Shown here: positions 19,730-29,455 of the stretch, one piece after another
Position numbering within the stretch: position 1 is the first letter of the stretch
Layout of the letters: every line of letters starts with the position of its first letter
NCBI GenBank assembly: GCA_037141795.1
Contig: JBAXBV010000009.1
Coordinates: 44,788 to 108,787 of the forward strand
From: Betaproteobacteria bacterium
Lineage (GTDB): Bacteria; Pseudomonadota; Gammaproteobacteria; Burkholderiales; Ga0077523
DNA length: 64,000 nt
Direction of reading: 5' to 3'
Notes under the pieces: model-generated
Database searches by the model: none
What the model saw: only the letters and a program-made list of their open reading frames with translations
What the model was told of the DNA's origin: nothing
Translations under genes and position numbers: made by a program

Positions 19730-20851
19730 TCAGGCCGCGTCTTCGGCCGTTCGCTGCCGAACGGCCTCTATCCTTGCCGCCCGGATGCGTGCCCCTGCCT
19801 CCGGCCCCCGTTCACCCCGGGCCAGCGTCGCGGAGTCCACGGTGGTTGCAGCCTGCAGGGCCTGCGTCAAGGTTGCAGCGGGCGCGTACTCCGGAAGGTC
19901 CGCATCGTCCTCGATGGCGGCCACCCACGTCAGGAGATGGAAACGTGCGGGTCGGCGGAAGGCATCGACGCGGTAGAGCAGGTCAACCAGGGCGGGGGCA
20001 TCCAGGGATGGCGCGGCGCGGACAGTCCCGAGAAATCGGGCGCAGAGGCGTGCGAGGTCCTGACAGTCGGTGGGCGTGCGCAGCCGTTCGCACAGGGTGT
20101 CCAGGGTGCTCCCGGCCCGGTGGGCGGAAAGCGCGAACCGGACCTCCAGCGGGGCGGACTGGCAGGCTGCACGCGCGAGGCCCCGGATCGAATCGCGTCC
20201 TGATTCGCCACGAGGGTCGATCCAGGGCGCCCATTCGGGTGCGATGCGAGCCAGCGCGCCGCACCGGGAGAGAACGTCGAACAGGACCGCCGGTTGCTCT
20301 TCCATGAGTCCGCGGGAGATTTCCTGCCATACCCGCTCGGGAACCAGATGGTCGACTTCGCCGATGTCGACCATGTGGCGCATGAGCGCAAGGGTGTCCT
20401 CCGCCACCCGGAAGCCGAGGCGTGCGCAGAAACGGGCGACCCGGAGAATGCGTACTGGATCTTCCACGAAGGCGGGGCTGATGTGGCGGAGTACGCGCTC
20501 GTGCAGGTCCCGGAGGCCGCCGAAGGGATCGATCAGCGTGCCCGCTTCGTCGCGCGCCATGGCGTTCACCGTGAGGTCGCGCCGTCCGAGGTCTTCCTCC
20601 AGGGTGACCTCGGGAGAGGCGTGAATGTCGAAACCGCGGTATCCGCGCCCGCTCTTGCGCTCCGTGCGCGCGAGCGCGTACTCCTCCCGGGTGACCGGGT
20701 GCAGGAAGACGGGAAAGTCCTTCCCCACCGGCTGGAAGCCGAGTGCGAGCATCTCATCGACGGTTGCTCCGACCACGACATGGTCGGTGTCCTGCACGGG
20801 GCGGCCAAGGAGTTCATCCCGGACCGCGCCGCCCACGCGGTAGATTTTCAC
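19730..20851 (-). CDS. cca: CCA tRNA nucleotidyltransferase (class II); C-terminal HD domain appears degenerate
   Basis: GTG start. KIYRVGGAVRDELLGRPVQDTDHVVVG, DFPVFLHP, EYALARTERK, RRDLTVNA, ERVWQE. 373 aa. Confidence 0.9.
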   Translation of the reverse strand: MKIYRVGGAVRDELLGRPVQDTDHVVVGATVDEMLALGFQPVGKDFPVFLHPVTREEYALARTERKSGRGYRGFDIHASPEVTLEEDLGRRDLTVNAMARDEAGTLIDPFGGLRDLHERVLRHISPAFVEDPVRILRVARFCARLGFRVAEDTLALMRHMVDIGEVDHLVPERVWQEISRGLMEEQPAVLFDVLSRCGALARIAPEWAPWIDPRGESGRDSIRGLARAACQSAPLEVRFALSAHRAGSTLDTLCERLRTPTDCQDLARLCARFLGTVRAAPSLDAPALVDLLYRVDAFRRPARFHLLTWVAAIEDDADLPEYAPAATLTQALQAATTVDSATLARGERGPEAGARIRAARIEAVRQRTAEDAA

Positions 20852-20875
20852 GGGGAATCGGGGGGATGTCGCCGC

Positions 20876-21829
20876 TCAGCGCCCCGCCCGGTAGCGGAAA
20901 TCGTTGTAACGGGCGCGCGACCGGTGTTGCCCGAGATACAGCGGCGCGACCGACTCGAGAGCGGTGGGTGCCGGTCCCAGAATAGGCGGGAAACCACAGC
21001 CGCAGACGTTGTCCACGGCCATGGATTTCACGTTGTCCCGGGACATCAGTCGGCCGGGGAGGTGTTCGAGAACGGCGGCCTGCAGCGTTGCCAGGAACGG
21101 TGGCAGGGGAATCACGTTCGCCTTCAGCCCGACGGTCCGGGCGCTCAACTCAACGAGTTCCCTGAGGGTGTAGACCTTCGGGCCGCACAGATCGAAGCAT
21201 TTGCCGAATGTGCCAGGCTCATCGATGGCGCGGAAGATCGCGCCGGCGACATCCTCGACGAATACGGGTTGAAACCGGGCATTCGCGCATCCGAGGGGCA
21301 ATACCGGAAACAGGCGCGCCAATTGGGCGAACACCGTCAGGAACCGGTCCCCGCGGCCAAAAATCACCGACGGTCTCAGGATGGTGATACGGATGCCGTG
21401 GGAACCTGCCCGGGTGATCTCGGCTTCGCCCCGGGCTTTCGATCGAAGGTACTCGCTCGGCGCATCGCTCGCGGCGCCCACTGCGCTCACGTGGACAAGC
21501 CGGTGAACCCCGGCATCCCGGCAGGCCGACACGATCCGGGCCGGCAACTCCACATGGTTACGCTGGAATCCATTGCCACGGACGTCGTGCAGGACGCCCA
21601 CGAGATTCACCACCGCATCGCAGCCCTCGATCATGGTCTGTAGAACCGCGGGATCGTGGATGTCCGCCTGTACCACCTCGACGGTGGGCAGCAGGATGAG
21701 CTGATCCTTTGCGCGTTCCCGGAGGCGGGTCGGAACGCGTACGGCGATCCCCCTCGCGGACAGCAGTTCTGCGACATGACGGCCCAGAAAGCCGCTCCCG
21801 CCGATGAGGCAAACGGACTTGATGTTCAT
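20876..21829 (-). CDS. NAD(P)H-binding SDR, NDUFA9-like / NAD-dependent epimerase family
   Basis: 317 aa. Rossmann motif LIGGSGFLGRHV. Length and layout fit the atypical SDR complex I NDUFA9-like family. Confidence 0.75.
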   Translation of the reverse strand: MNIKSVCLIGGSGFLGRHVAELLSARGIAVRVPTRLRERAKDQLILLPTVEVVQADIHDPAVLQTMIEGCDAVVNLVGVLHDVRGNGFQRNHVELPARIVSACRDAGVHRLVHVSAVGAASDAPSEYLRSKARGEAEITRAGSHGIRITILRPSVIFGRGDRFLTVFAQLARLFPVLPLGCANARFQPVFVEDVAGAIFRAIDEPGTFGKCFDLCGPKVYTLRELVELSARTVGLKANVIPLPPFLATLQAAVLEHLPGRLMSRDNVKSMAVDNVCGCGFPPILGPAPTALESVAPLYLGQHRSRARYNDFRYRAGR

Positions 21830-21897
21830 GATGTTTCCTGGCCTGCAGCAAGTATCGTGGCGCGGGGCAACGGTCGGCAGATTCTAGCAGTGGTCCT

Positions 21898-23823
21898 TCA
21901 CGGGAGGGCGGTACCGGCCCCCTTCCCGGACCCGTCCCGCGCGGGTACCACGCCGAGCCGACCCGTGAGGGTTTCCATCTGGCGGCCAAAGAGCCTGGCG
22001 TACTGCACCGCATTGGCCATGACCTTGCGGACGTACTCCCGGGTTTCCGGAAACGGGATCGTGTCGATGTAGATGGCCCCTTCCAGTGGCACGTCGGCAC
22101 GCCAGGCCTGGGCGCGACGTGGCCCGGCGTTGTAGGCGGCGGACGCCAGGACCGGACTTGCGTCGAGAGTCGTCAGCACGTGCTTGAGATAATAAGTCCC
22201 GTAACTGGTGTTGGTTTCCGGGGTGTCGTCCGCCAGTCCCTGCGCCGCCTTCAGGCCCAGCCGCCGGGCAACCCACCGTGCCGTGTCGGGCATGAGCTGC
22301 ATGAGGCCGGACGCGCCGACGCTTGATCTGGCGTTCGCGTTGAACCTGCTCTCCTGGCGGATCAGGCCGTAGAGCCAGGCGTCATCCACATCGAACTCGC
22401 GCGCGCGAGCGCGGAGCAACTCCGCGTAGGGGGTGGGATACCGCAGGGCCATATTGGTTAGGCGCCGGGTCCGGTCGGCGGTGGCGATCGAACGCTCGAA
22501 CCATCCTTCGCGCCGAGCCAGCTCCGCCGCCCCGAGCAGCGGTACGTCGTCCAGGTCCCGTACTGCCCAGATCCATTCGAGATTGCCCTCGTATCGGAGC
22601 CCCAGGCGGTACCAGGCCAGTGCCCTGACCAGCCCCGGATTTCTCGCGGCGGCACGCACATCCTCCTCGGATGGCTTGTGCTCGAGGGGTGGAGCCCTCA
22701 AGGCCGGTCCCAGTTCCTCGGCCGCGAGCTGGGCGTGAAAGTGATGTTCTCCCGCAAGCGCTGCCAGGAGGGGCAATGCTTCCTGCTCGCGCCCCGACTG
22801 ACGGAGCGCCCGTGCGCGCCAGAAACGCCAGACCGGGCGGTCCCGCAACTCCGGGTCCATCGTATCGATCGTTCCGAGCAGGGCCTCCCAGTTCTGTGCC
22901 CGGAGGGCGGCGCGGGCCCGCCACTCGAGCTGGGACGGATCCAGCCGGGTATCCCCGGCGAGGCGGAACCAGTCGAGCGCTTCAGGCGAGTGCTTTCGGG
23001 CGCCGGCGACGGCGATGACGCCCCAGCCGAATCTCCGGTCATCGGCCATGAAGGCGTTTCCCAGCCGGTGCCACGCCTGCGCTGCGTTTTCCGGAGCGTT
23101 CGCCGAAACGCGTCCGAGTGCGAACAGCGCCACCTCCCTTTCTGCTCGGGTCCGGAGGGCGAGATTTCTCGCGGCGAGATAGCCTTCCGGATTGGTGGCA
23201 GCCGAGTCGAGCAGCCTGACGTCCTTGCGGGACCATCCCGCCGAGCGGTCGAGCACGGTCTTCGCCACGGTGAGATTGCCCGCCTGCAGGGCGAGTCGGC
23301 CGCGGGCCCAGATGTCTGCGTCCTTCAGCACGCCGCTCGCCAACATGGTCTCGAAAACCGGTGAACACGATTCCGGCAGTTCGCGACCCGCAAACCACCG
23401 GTCGCGGTGCGCGCCGAGGGCTCTCGGGTCGCGGCGGGCGAGCGACTGGAGCTGATAGCACTGAAGTTCCACATCGGGCTCGATCAGCGCCGGCCATTCC
23501 TGGTCGAAGGCGGCCCACTGCTGCTGGCGTCCGAGGGTACGCAACCAATCGGCCCGCAAGCGGTTTGCCACGAGTTCACCGGGGTGCCCGTCGAGGAACT
23601 GTCTCACCTCGTCTGCGGGCAGCGCTGGCAGCCGTGTCCGCAACATCCACATTTCCACATATGGCTGCAGCGGATGTCCCTGAAGCTGGCCCGCCAGTGC
23701 GGCGACCCGTTCAGGCTGGCCGCGCTGGAAGGCGTCCCGGGCAGACAGAAACTCCAGATCGCCGGCACTGGCGGTCCAGGGTAGCATCAGCAGAGGCAGG
23801 AAGAGCAGGAAACTGCGAGTCAT
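21898..23823 (-). CDS. slt: Soluble lytic murein transglycosylase (Slt70-like)
   Basis: The start at 23823 gives signal peptide MTRSFLLFLPLLMLPWTASA. Long superhelical N-domain. C-terminal catalytic block LIRQESRFNANARSSVGASGLMQLMPDTA ... AAYNAGP. Confidence 0.9.
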   Translation of the reverse strand: MTRSFLLFLPLLMLPWTASAGDLEFLSARDAFQRGQPERVAALAGQLQGHPLQPYVEMWMLRTRLPALPADEVRQFLDGHPGELVANRLRADWLRTLGRQQQWAAFDQEWPALIEPDVELQCYQLQSLARRDPRALGAHRDRWFAGRELPESCSPVFETMLASGVLKDADIWARGRLALQAGNLTVAKTVLDRSAGWSRKDVRLLDSAATNPEGYLAARNLALRTRAEREVALFALGRVSANAPENAAQAWHRLGNAFMADDRRFGWGVIAVAGARKHSPEALDWFRLAGDTRLDPSQLEWRARAALRAQNWEALLGTIDTMDPELRDRPVWRFWRARALRQSGREQEALPLLAALAGEHHFHAQLAAEELGPALRAPPLEHKPSEEDVRAAARNPGLVRALAWYRLGLRYEGNLEWIWAVRDLDDVPLLGAAELARREGWFERSIATADRTRRLTNMALRYPTPYAELLRARAREFDVDDAWLYGLIRQESRFNANARSSVGASGLMQLMPDTARWVARRLGLKAAQGLADDTPETNTSYGTYYLKHVLTTLDASPVLASAAYNAGPRRAQAWRADVPLEGAIYIDTIPFPETREYVRKVMANAVQYARLFGRQMETLTGRLGVVPARDGSGKGAGTALP

Positions 23824-24061
23824 CGTGGTGATCCGGATTCCATGGCGCGAAGGATGGCTGTCGGTGCGCTTCCGCGCCCATGCACCGGGCCGGGCGCCGG
23901 TCGCGGCGTTCCATCGCCTGCCGCCAGCCCCGACTGCAAGCGTAGCAGCGTGAGCGCGGGGTGCAAGGGCTCCGGGTGGGGGTCGCGTCGATTGAGCGCG
24001 ACTGTAGTTAGGGATATCCTCACGGCTTTGTTGGCACGAGGTTCGCTTCATGCTTTCCACC

Positions 24062-24727
24062 ATGACCCAGGACGATCTCAAGAAGGCAGCTGCAACCGCC
24101 GCGATCTCCCATATCCCGGATGGATGTGTCGTGGGGGTCGGGACAGGGTCGACAGCCAATCATTTCATCGATGCCCTGGGGACCATCCGGTCCCGCATCG
24201 CGGGCGCGGTTGCCAGCTCCGAGGCCTCCGCTGCCCGACTGGCGGCGTGCGGCATCCCCGTTTTCGATCTGAACGATATCGACGACTTGCCCGTCTACGT
24301 CGACGGGGCTGATGAGATCACCCCGGCCTTGGCCATGATCAAGGGGGGAGGCGGCGCCCTGACGCGGGAGAAGATCGTGGCAGCCGTTGCCCGGCGTTTC
24401 GTATGCATCGCGGATGGCGCCAAGCTGGTGGACCAGCTTGGCGCGTTTCCCCTGCCGGTGGAGGTGATTCCCATGGCACAGGCGCACGTCGCGAGGAAGC
24501 TCCGGGCGCTCGGAGGGACGCCTGAACCGAGATCCGGTTTCCGTACCGACAACGGCAACGTGATTCTCGATGTACATGGGCTTGCGATCCCGGACCCGGC
24601 CGCCCTCGAAGGCGAAATCGACCACATCGCCGGTGTGGTGACCGTCGGCCTCTTCGCGCGGCGTCCGGCGGATGTGCTGCTGCTTGGCACACGAGAGGGT
24701 GTCGTGATCAGAATGTCCGGGGCCTGA
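24062..24727 (+). CDS. rpiA: Ribose-5-phosphate isomerase A
   Basis: [35 protein letters not shown] matches the E. coli RpiA N-terminus. An ATG four codons upstream (24050) is the alternative start. Confidence 0.92.
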   Translation: MTQDDLKKAAATAAISHIPDGCVVGVGTGSTANHFIDALGTIRSRIAGAVASSEASAARLAACGIPVFDLNDIDDLPVYVDGADEITPALAMIKGGGGALTREKIVAAVARRFVCIADGAKLVDQLGAFPLPVEVIPMAQAHVARKLRALGGTPEPRSGFRTDNGNVILDVHGLAIPDPAALEGEIDHIAGVVTVGLFARRPADVLLLGTREGVVIRMSGA

Positions 24728-24823
24728 TGGCTGACGCGAGATCGTCATCGAAATCTGCTAGCGTCCCGTGTTGGCAGGAGCAGGGAAGGGGATGGATCGC
24801 GTCAACCTTGGAGCGGGTCAGAT

Positions 24824-25531
24824 ATGACCAACAGTGAACACACTTCTAAGCAGTTCGACGCCGAACTCGAGGCGTTGCGGGCTCGCGTGCTCCAGATGGG
24901 AGGGCTGGTCGAGGACCAGATCCGCCTGGCACTGGAGGCTCTGGTGGCCGGTGATTTCGATCTCTGCACGACCGTCGAGAACAACGATCACCGGGTCAAC
25001 GGCATGGAAGTCGCCCTGGACGAGGATTGCAGCACGATCATCGCCCGCCGTCAGCCGGCGGCGAGCGATTTGCGCATGATCATGACGGTGGTGAAGACCA
25101 TCACGGACCTCGAACGGATCGGCGACGAGGCCGCCAAGATCGCGCGCATGGCGAAGCTGATCAACGCCTCGGACCGCCTGATGCAGCCCCGCTTCACCGA
25201 GATCCGCCGCATGGGCGGGCTGGCAACCGCCATGCTTCGCAAGTCGCTGGATGCCTTCGCGCGGCTCGACCTGACGGCGTCAGGCGAAGTCGTGCGGCAG
25301 GACCAGCTCGTCGACGACGAGTTCCGCTCTGTGATCCGCCAGCTCATCACGTTCATGATGGAGGATCCCCGCACCATCTCCGCCTCCATCGAAATCCTGT
25401 TCATTGCGAAGGCCATCGAGCGGATCGGCGACCATTCCAAGAACATCTCCGAATACGTCATCTACATGGTCAAGGGCAAGGACGTCCGCCACGTGAGCGT
25501 CGAGGAGATCGAACGAGAAATCATGACTTGA
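24824..25531 (+). CDS. phoU: Phosphate signalling complex protein PhoU
   Basis: 235 aa. Two PhoU repeats with E(R)IGD motifs (DLERIGDEA, AIERIGDHS). Colinear with E. coli PhoU. Confidence 0.92.
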   Translation: MTNSEHTSKQFDAELEALRARVLQMGGLVEDQIRLALEALVAGDFDLCTTVENNDHRVNGMEVALDEDCSTIIARRQPAASDLRMIMTVVKTITDLERIGDEAAKIARMAKLINASDRLMQPRFTEIRRMGGLATAMLRKSLDAFARLDLTASGEVVRQDQLVDDEFRSVIRQLITFMMEDPRTISASIEILFIAKAIERIGDHSKNISEYVIYMVKGKDVRHVSVEEIEREIMT

Positions 25532-25577
25532 GGGCAGCACGCCTCCATCATGGTCCGCAGGAAGGGGCGCAGAGGTC

Positions 25578-27119
25578 TTGAAAGCACAGTTGGTCGAAGA
25601 TCCGCTGGAGCACAGGGTGCTTGCAGCCGTGGATCTCGGTTCAAACAGTTTCCGGCTCCAGGTCGGTCGGGTCGTCGAAGACCAGATCTATCCGCTCGAC
25701 TCGCTGCGGGACGCCGTGCGGCTTGCGGCAGGTCTGACCCCCGACAAGCGGCTGGACGACACATCCCAGCAGCGGGCATTGGCGGCACTCCAGAGGTTTG
25801 GGGAACGTCTGCGCGGGTTCCCACCCTCGGCGGTACGCGCTGTGGGAACCAACACCTTGCGGGTGGCCAAGAATGCACGGGAGTTCCTGGGCCGGGCTGA
25901 ACAGGCGCTCGGTTTCCCGATCGAGGTGGTTGCCGGAAAGGAAGAAGCGCGACTCATCTATCTGGGCGTCTCCCACAGCCTGCCGCCGACTGCCGAGAAG
26001 CGGCTCGTGGTGGACATCGGGGGCGGGTCGACCGAGTTCATCATCGGTTCTGGTTACCGCCCCCAGAAGCTCGAGAGCCTCTACATGGGGTGCGTCAGCT
26101 ACACGTTGCGCTACTTCGGTGACGGGCGCATCACCAAGGGCGCGTTGCGGCAAGCCGAACTCGCGGCCCGAATCGAAGTCCAGACGATCGAGAGCGAGTT
26201 CTCCCGCGGCCACTGGCAGCAGGCTGTCGGTTCATCCGGCACGGCCCGCGCCATCGCGGACCTGCTGGCGCTGAACGGCTGGGGGGAGGGGGACATCACC
26301 GAATCAGGCCTCGACCGGGTCCGGAGCCAGCTCCTCCGGGTGGGTGAGGTCGACAAGGTGGCAGCCCTGGGTCTCAAGGCCGATCGCGCGCAGGTCTTGC
26401 CGGGTGGTTTTGCAATCATGGCCGGTCTGTTCGCGGAGCTGGGCGTGGAACGCATGATCCTCGCCAACGGAGCCATGCGCCAGGGCATCCTGTACGACAT
26501 GCTCGGGAGGTTTCACCATCGCGACATGCGGGACACGACGGTGCGTCAGTTTGCGCGCCGCTATCACGTGGATACCTTGCAGGCGCGTCGTGTCGTCACG
26601 CTCGCGCTCGAGTTGCTGACCGCACTCGATGCTGAGCTGGCTGCCGACGAAACGGTTCGCCAGCGCCTGTCCTGGGCCGCACAACTGCACGAGATCGGTC
26701 TCATGGTCGCGCATGCCGGCTATCACAAGCATTCGGCCTACATCCTCGGCAATGCGGACATGCCCGGCTTTTCCCGGATGGAGCAGGCCGAAATTGCACT
26801 TCTGGTTCTTGCCCATCGCGGAACCCTGGAAAAGGTCAGGCCGCTCGTGGTCAGCGGGGCCTCGTGGCCACCGATCGTGGCCTTGCGCCTGGCGTGCCTG
26901 TTCCACCGGACCCGTGGCCCCCTGGATGTGCCGGCTTTCGAGGCAACCCAGCGCGACCGCCGGCTCGAGCTGAAACTTCCGGTCAGCTGGCTCAAGCGGT
27001 ATCCGCTGACGGCTGCCGCGCTCAGGGGCGAGATCCGCGAGTGGCGGGCGGCTGGTTTCGAATTGCGGGTGCCGGCGCTGGACGAACTGGACATCGACGC
27101 GGATGTCGTCGCCGAGTAG
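25578..27119 (+). CDS. ppx: Exopolyphosphatase (Ppx/GppA family)
   Basis: 513 aa. AAVDLGSNSFRLQV, DIGGGSTEF, and a C-terminal HD-like domain. TTG start; a GTG about 12 codons downstream is an alternative. Confidence 0.9.
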   Translation: MKAQLVEDPLEHRVLAAVDLGSNSFRLQVGRVVEDQIYPLDSLRDAVRLAAGLTPDKRLDDTSQQRALAALQRFGERLRGFPPSAVRAVGTNTLRVAKNAREFLGRAEQALGFPIEVVAGKEEARLIYLGVSHSLPPTAEKRLVVDIGGGSTEFIIGSGYRPQKLESLYMGCVSYTLRYFGDGRITKGALRQAELAARIEVQTIESEFSRGHWQQAVGSSGTARAIADLLALNGWGEGDITESGLDRVRSQLLRVGEVDKVAALGLKADRAQVLPGGFAIMAGLFAELGVERMILANGAMRQGILYDMLGRFHHRDMRDTTVRQFARRYHVDTLQARRVVTLALELLTALDAELAADETVRQRLSWAAQLHEIGLMVAHAGYHKHSAYILGNADMPGFSRMEQAEIALLVLAHRGTLEKVRPLVVSGASWPPIVALRLACLFHRTRGPLDVPAFEATQRDRRLELKLPVSWLKRYPLTAAALRGEIREWRAAGFELRVPALDELDIDADVVAE

Positions 27120-27151
27120 GACTGGCCCGCAACCGGCGAGGCCGGGGCGGA

Positions 27152-29455
27152 TTACATCCGGATGGGCAGGGCCCGGATCCGTTTTCCCGTGATCGCATGC
27201 ACCGCGTTGCACACAGCGGGCGCCGTGGGGGGTGTCCCGGGTTCCCCGACACCACCCAGGTGATCCAGTCCGGACTGGAGGATGTGCACCTCGATGGCAG
27301 GCGCTTCGGCCGGGCCGAGGAGGCGATAGTCGTGGAAGTTCGACTGTTCGACCCGGCCCCGCCGCACGGTGATTTCCCCGTGCAGGGCGGCTGACAGCGC
27401 AAAGATGATGCTGCCTTCCATCTGCGCGACGACCGAATCCGGGTCCACCGCGAAGCCGCAATCGATCACGCACACGACCCGGTGGACCAGCGGCCTGCCA
27501 TCCCGGATTTCCACTTCGGCGACCTGCGCGACGATCGAGCCGAAGCTCGCAGCCAGCGCAATGCCCCGGCCCCATCCCGATGGCAGGGGTGCGCCCCAGC
27601 CCGAACGCTCCGCGGCCATATCGAGGACTTTCAGGTGGCGCGGCATGGCCGCCAGCAGTGTGCGCCGGAACGAGACGGGATCCTGCCCCGCGGCTGCCGC
27701 GCATTCGTCCAGAAAGCATTCCGCAAAGAAGGTGTTGTAGCTGTAGCCCACGCTGCGCCAGTAGCCTACGGGCACCGGCTCGTGTGTGAGCACGTGCTCC
27801 GTCAGGCGATCCGGCAGGGCATAGGGCAGATCGAACGCCCCCTCCGTTGTGGTCCGATCCTTCAGCAGGTCCGATGCAGCCCTGGGCAGCAGGCGCGCGG
27901 TGAGGCTTGCCGTGCACGACTGTCCCACGATCCGGGCGTGCCAGGCGGTGATGCGGCCGGTGCTGTCGAGTGCTGCCCGGAACCGGGCCACGGCCATGGG
28001 GCGGTAGCAGTCGTGCCGAAGATCCTCTTCCCGCGACCAGATCAGCTGGACCGGTGTGCCCGGCATTTCCCGGGCAATCGCGACCGCCTGCACCACCACG
28101 TCCGACTCCACGCGCCGACCGAAGCCGCCCCCGAGGAAGGGCGTATTCACGGTGACGCGCTCGCTGTCGATCCCTGCCGCCTGCGCCGCCATCCATCGCA
28201 CCAGCGTGGGCGCCTGGTTGCCGACCCAGAGCTCGCAGGAGCCATCGGTACGAACGACGGCCGTGCAGTTGATGGGCTCCATCGCGGCGTGGGCCAGGTA
28301 CGGGGCGAAGAAGGTCGCATCGAGAAAGCGGGCGGGGTCGGCAAGGCCGCGAGCGGGATCTCCGGCTGCATCGTAGGCCCGCGCCGGACCGGCCACTGCC
28401 GCTGCCTCGTAGCGTCGGCGCTGTTCGTCCGTATCGTGACCGGCGTGAGGGCCTTCGTCCCAGACGATTTCCAGGCGTCGCAGGGCCTCCTGCGCCTGCC
28501 AGTATCCCGAGGCAACGACGGCCACCGCAGCCGCCGATGTACTGGTGGCAGGAATCCTGACGACGGCGCGAACACCGGCGTGTCCGCGAACCTGCGAGTC
28601 GTCGACGGACCGCAGGCCGCCTCCGAATACCGGGCACTGCAGGATGGCGGCATAGAGCAGTCCGGGCAGGCGCACGTCGATCCCGAAACGGGCCGTGCCA
28701 TCCACCTTTGCGGCCATGTCCAGCCGGGGCTGTGACCGGCCCAGCAGGCTGAAGCTTCCGGGCGCCTTGAGGGGAATCGCCTCCGGGATCGGTTGCGCAG
28801 CCGCCTCGACGGCCAGGTCTCCGTAGGCAAGGCGTTTTCCGGATGGCTCGTGGAGCACCGCTCCCAGATGGGTGGAGCATTCCTGGACGGATACCCCGAG
28901 CCTGGCCGCCGCGGCGGCCAGGAGCATCGCCCGGGCGGTCGCGCCGGCCTGGCGCATCGGCGCCCACCCGTCCCGCAGACCGGTCGATCCACCGGTCGCC
29001 TGGATGCCGAGGGTTTGACCAAGCCTGAACTGCAGGTGGCGCATCACCCGCGCGACCGCGCTCTCGTCGTCGGGCCGGAAGGCCGTGGCTTCGCCGAAGA
29101 TCGTCGCATTGGCGTAGACGGCTGCCACGGGCGCCTGCTCGAACCGCACCCTGGCGAAGTCCGCGTCGAGTTCCTCCGCCACGAGCATGGAAAGCGCCGT
29201 GGTGATGCCCTGCCCCATCTCCTGGCGGGGTATCTGGACCGTGATCGTCCCGTCACCGGCAATCCGCAACCAGGCAGTCAGGATGCCCTCGTCGCCGGCT
29301 GGTACCAGTTCGGACGGCACCGCCAGCCGGTCCCGCGGGCGCAGGATGCGCCAGACGCCTATCGCCAGCGCACCGCCCACGATGCCGGTCGCGACGAGCA
29401 GGCGTCGCCGGGGGGAGGCACCGGGCGCTTCGAGAGTTTCCGGGGCGGCAGTCAC
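27152..29455 (-). CDS. Molybdopterin-binding oxidoreductase large subunit (IorB / aldehyde oxidase-xanthine dehydrogenase family) with Tat signal
   Basis: 767 aa. Twin-arginine leader SPRRRLLVATGIVGGALAIG. C-terminal GGVGEPGTPPTAPAVCNAVHAITGKRIRALP is typical of IorB-type subunits. Confidence 0.85.
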   Translation of the reverse strand: MTAAPETLEAPGASPRRRLLVATGIVGGALAIGVWRILRPRDRLAVPSELVPAGDEGILTAWLRIAGDGTITVQIPRQEMGQGITTALSMLVAEELDADFARVRFEQAPVAAVYANATIFGEATAFRPDDESAVARVMRHLQFRLGQTLGIQATGGSTGLRDGWAPMRQAGATARAMLLAAAAARLGVSVQECSTHLGAVLHEPSGKRLAYGDLAVEAAAQPIPEAIPLKAPGSFSLLGRSQPRLDMAAKVDGTARFGIDVRLPGLLYAAILQCPVFGGGLRSVDDSQVRGHAGVRAVVRIPATSTSAAAVAVVASGYWQAQEALRRLEIVWDEGPHAGHDTDEQRRRYEAAAVAGPARAYDAAGDPARGLADPARFLDATFFAPYLAHAAMEPINCTAVVRTDGSCELWVGNQAPTLVRWMAAQAAGIDSERVTVNTPFLGGGFGRRVESDVVVQAVAIAREMPGTPVQLIWSREEDLRHDCYRPMAVARFRAALDSTGRITAWHARIVGQSCTASLTARLLPRAASDLLKDRTTTEGAFDLPYALPDRLTEHVLTHEPVPVGYWRSVGYSYNTFFAECFLDECAAAAGQDPVSFRRTLLAAMPRHLKVLDMAAERSGWGAPLPSGWGRGIALAASFGSIVAQVAEVEIRDGRPLVHRVVCVIDCGFAVDPDSVVAQMEGSIIFALSAALHGEITVRRGRVEQSNFHDYRLLGPAEAPAIEVHILQSGLDHLGGVGEPGTPPTAPAVCNAVHAITGKRIRALPIRM

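Noticed and set aside
24741-24760. A Pho box upstream of phoU (TCGTCATCGAAATCTGCTA).
   Set aside because: Only one half-site approaches CTGTCAT (5/7). The second repeat, at 11-bp spacing, matches 3/7. This is too weak to call without a genome-specific PhoB matrix.
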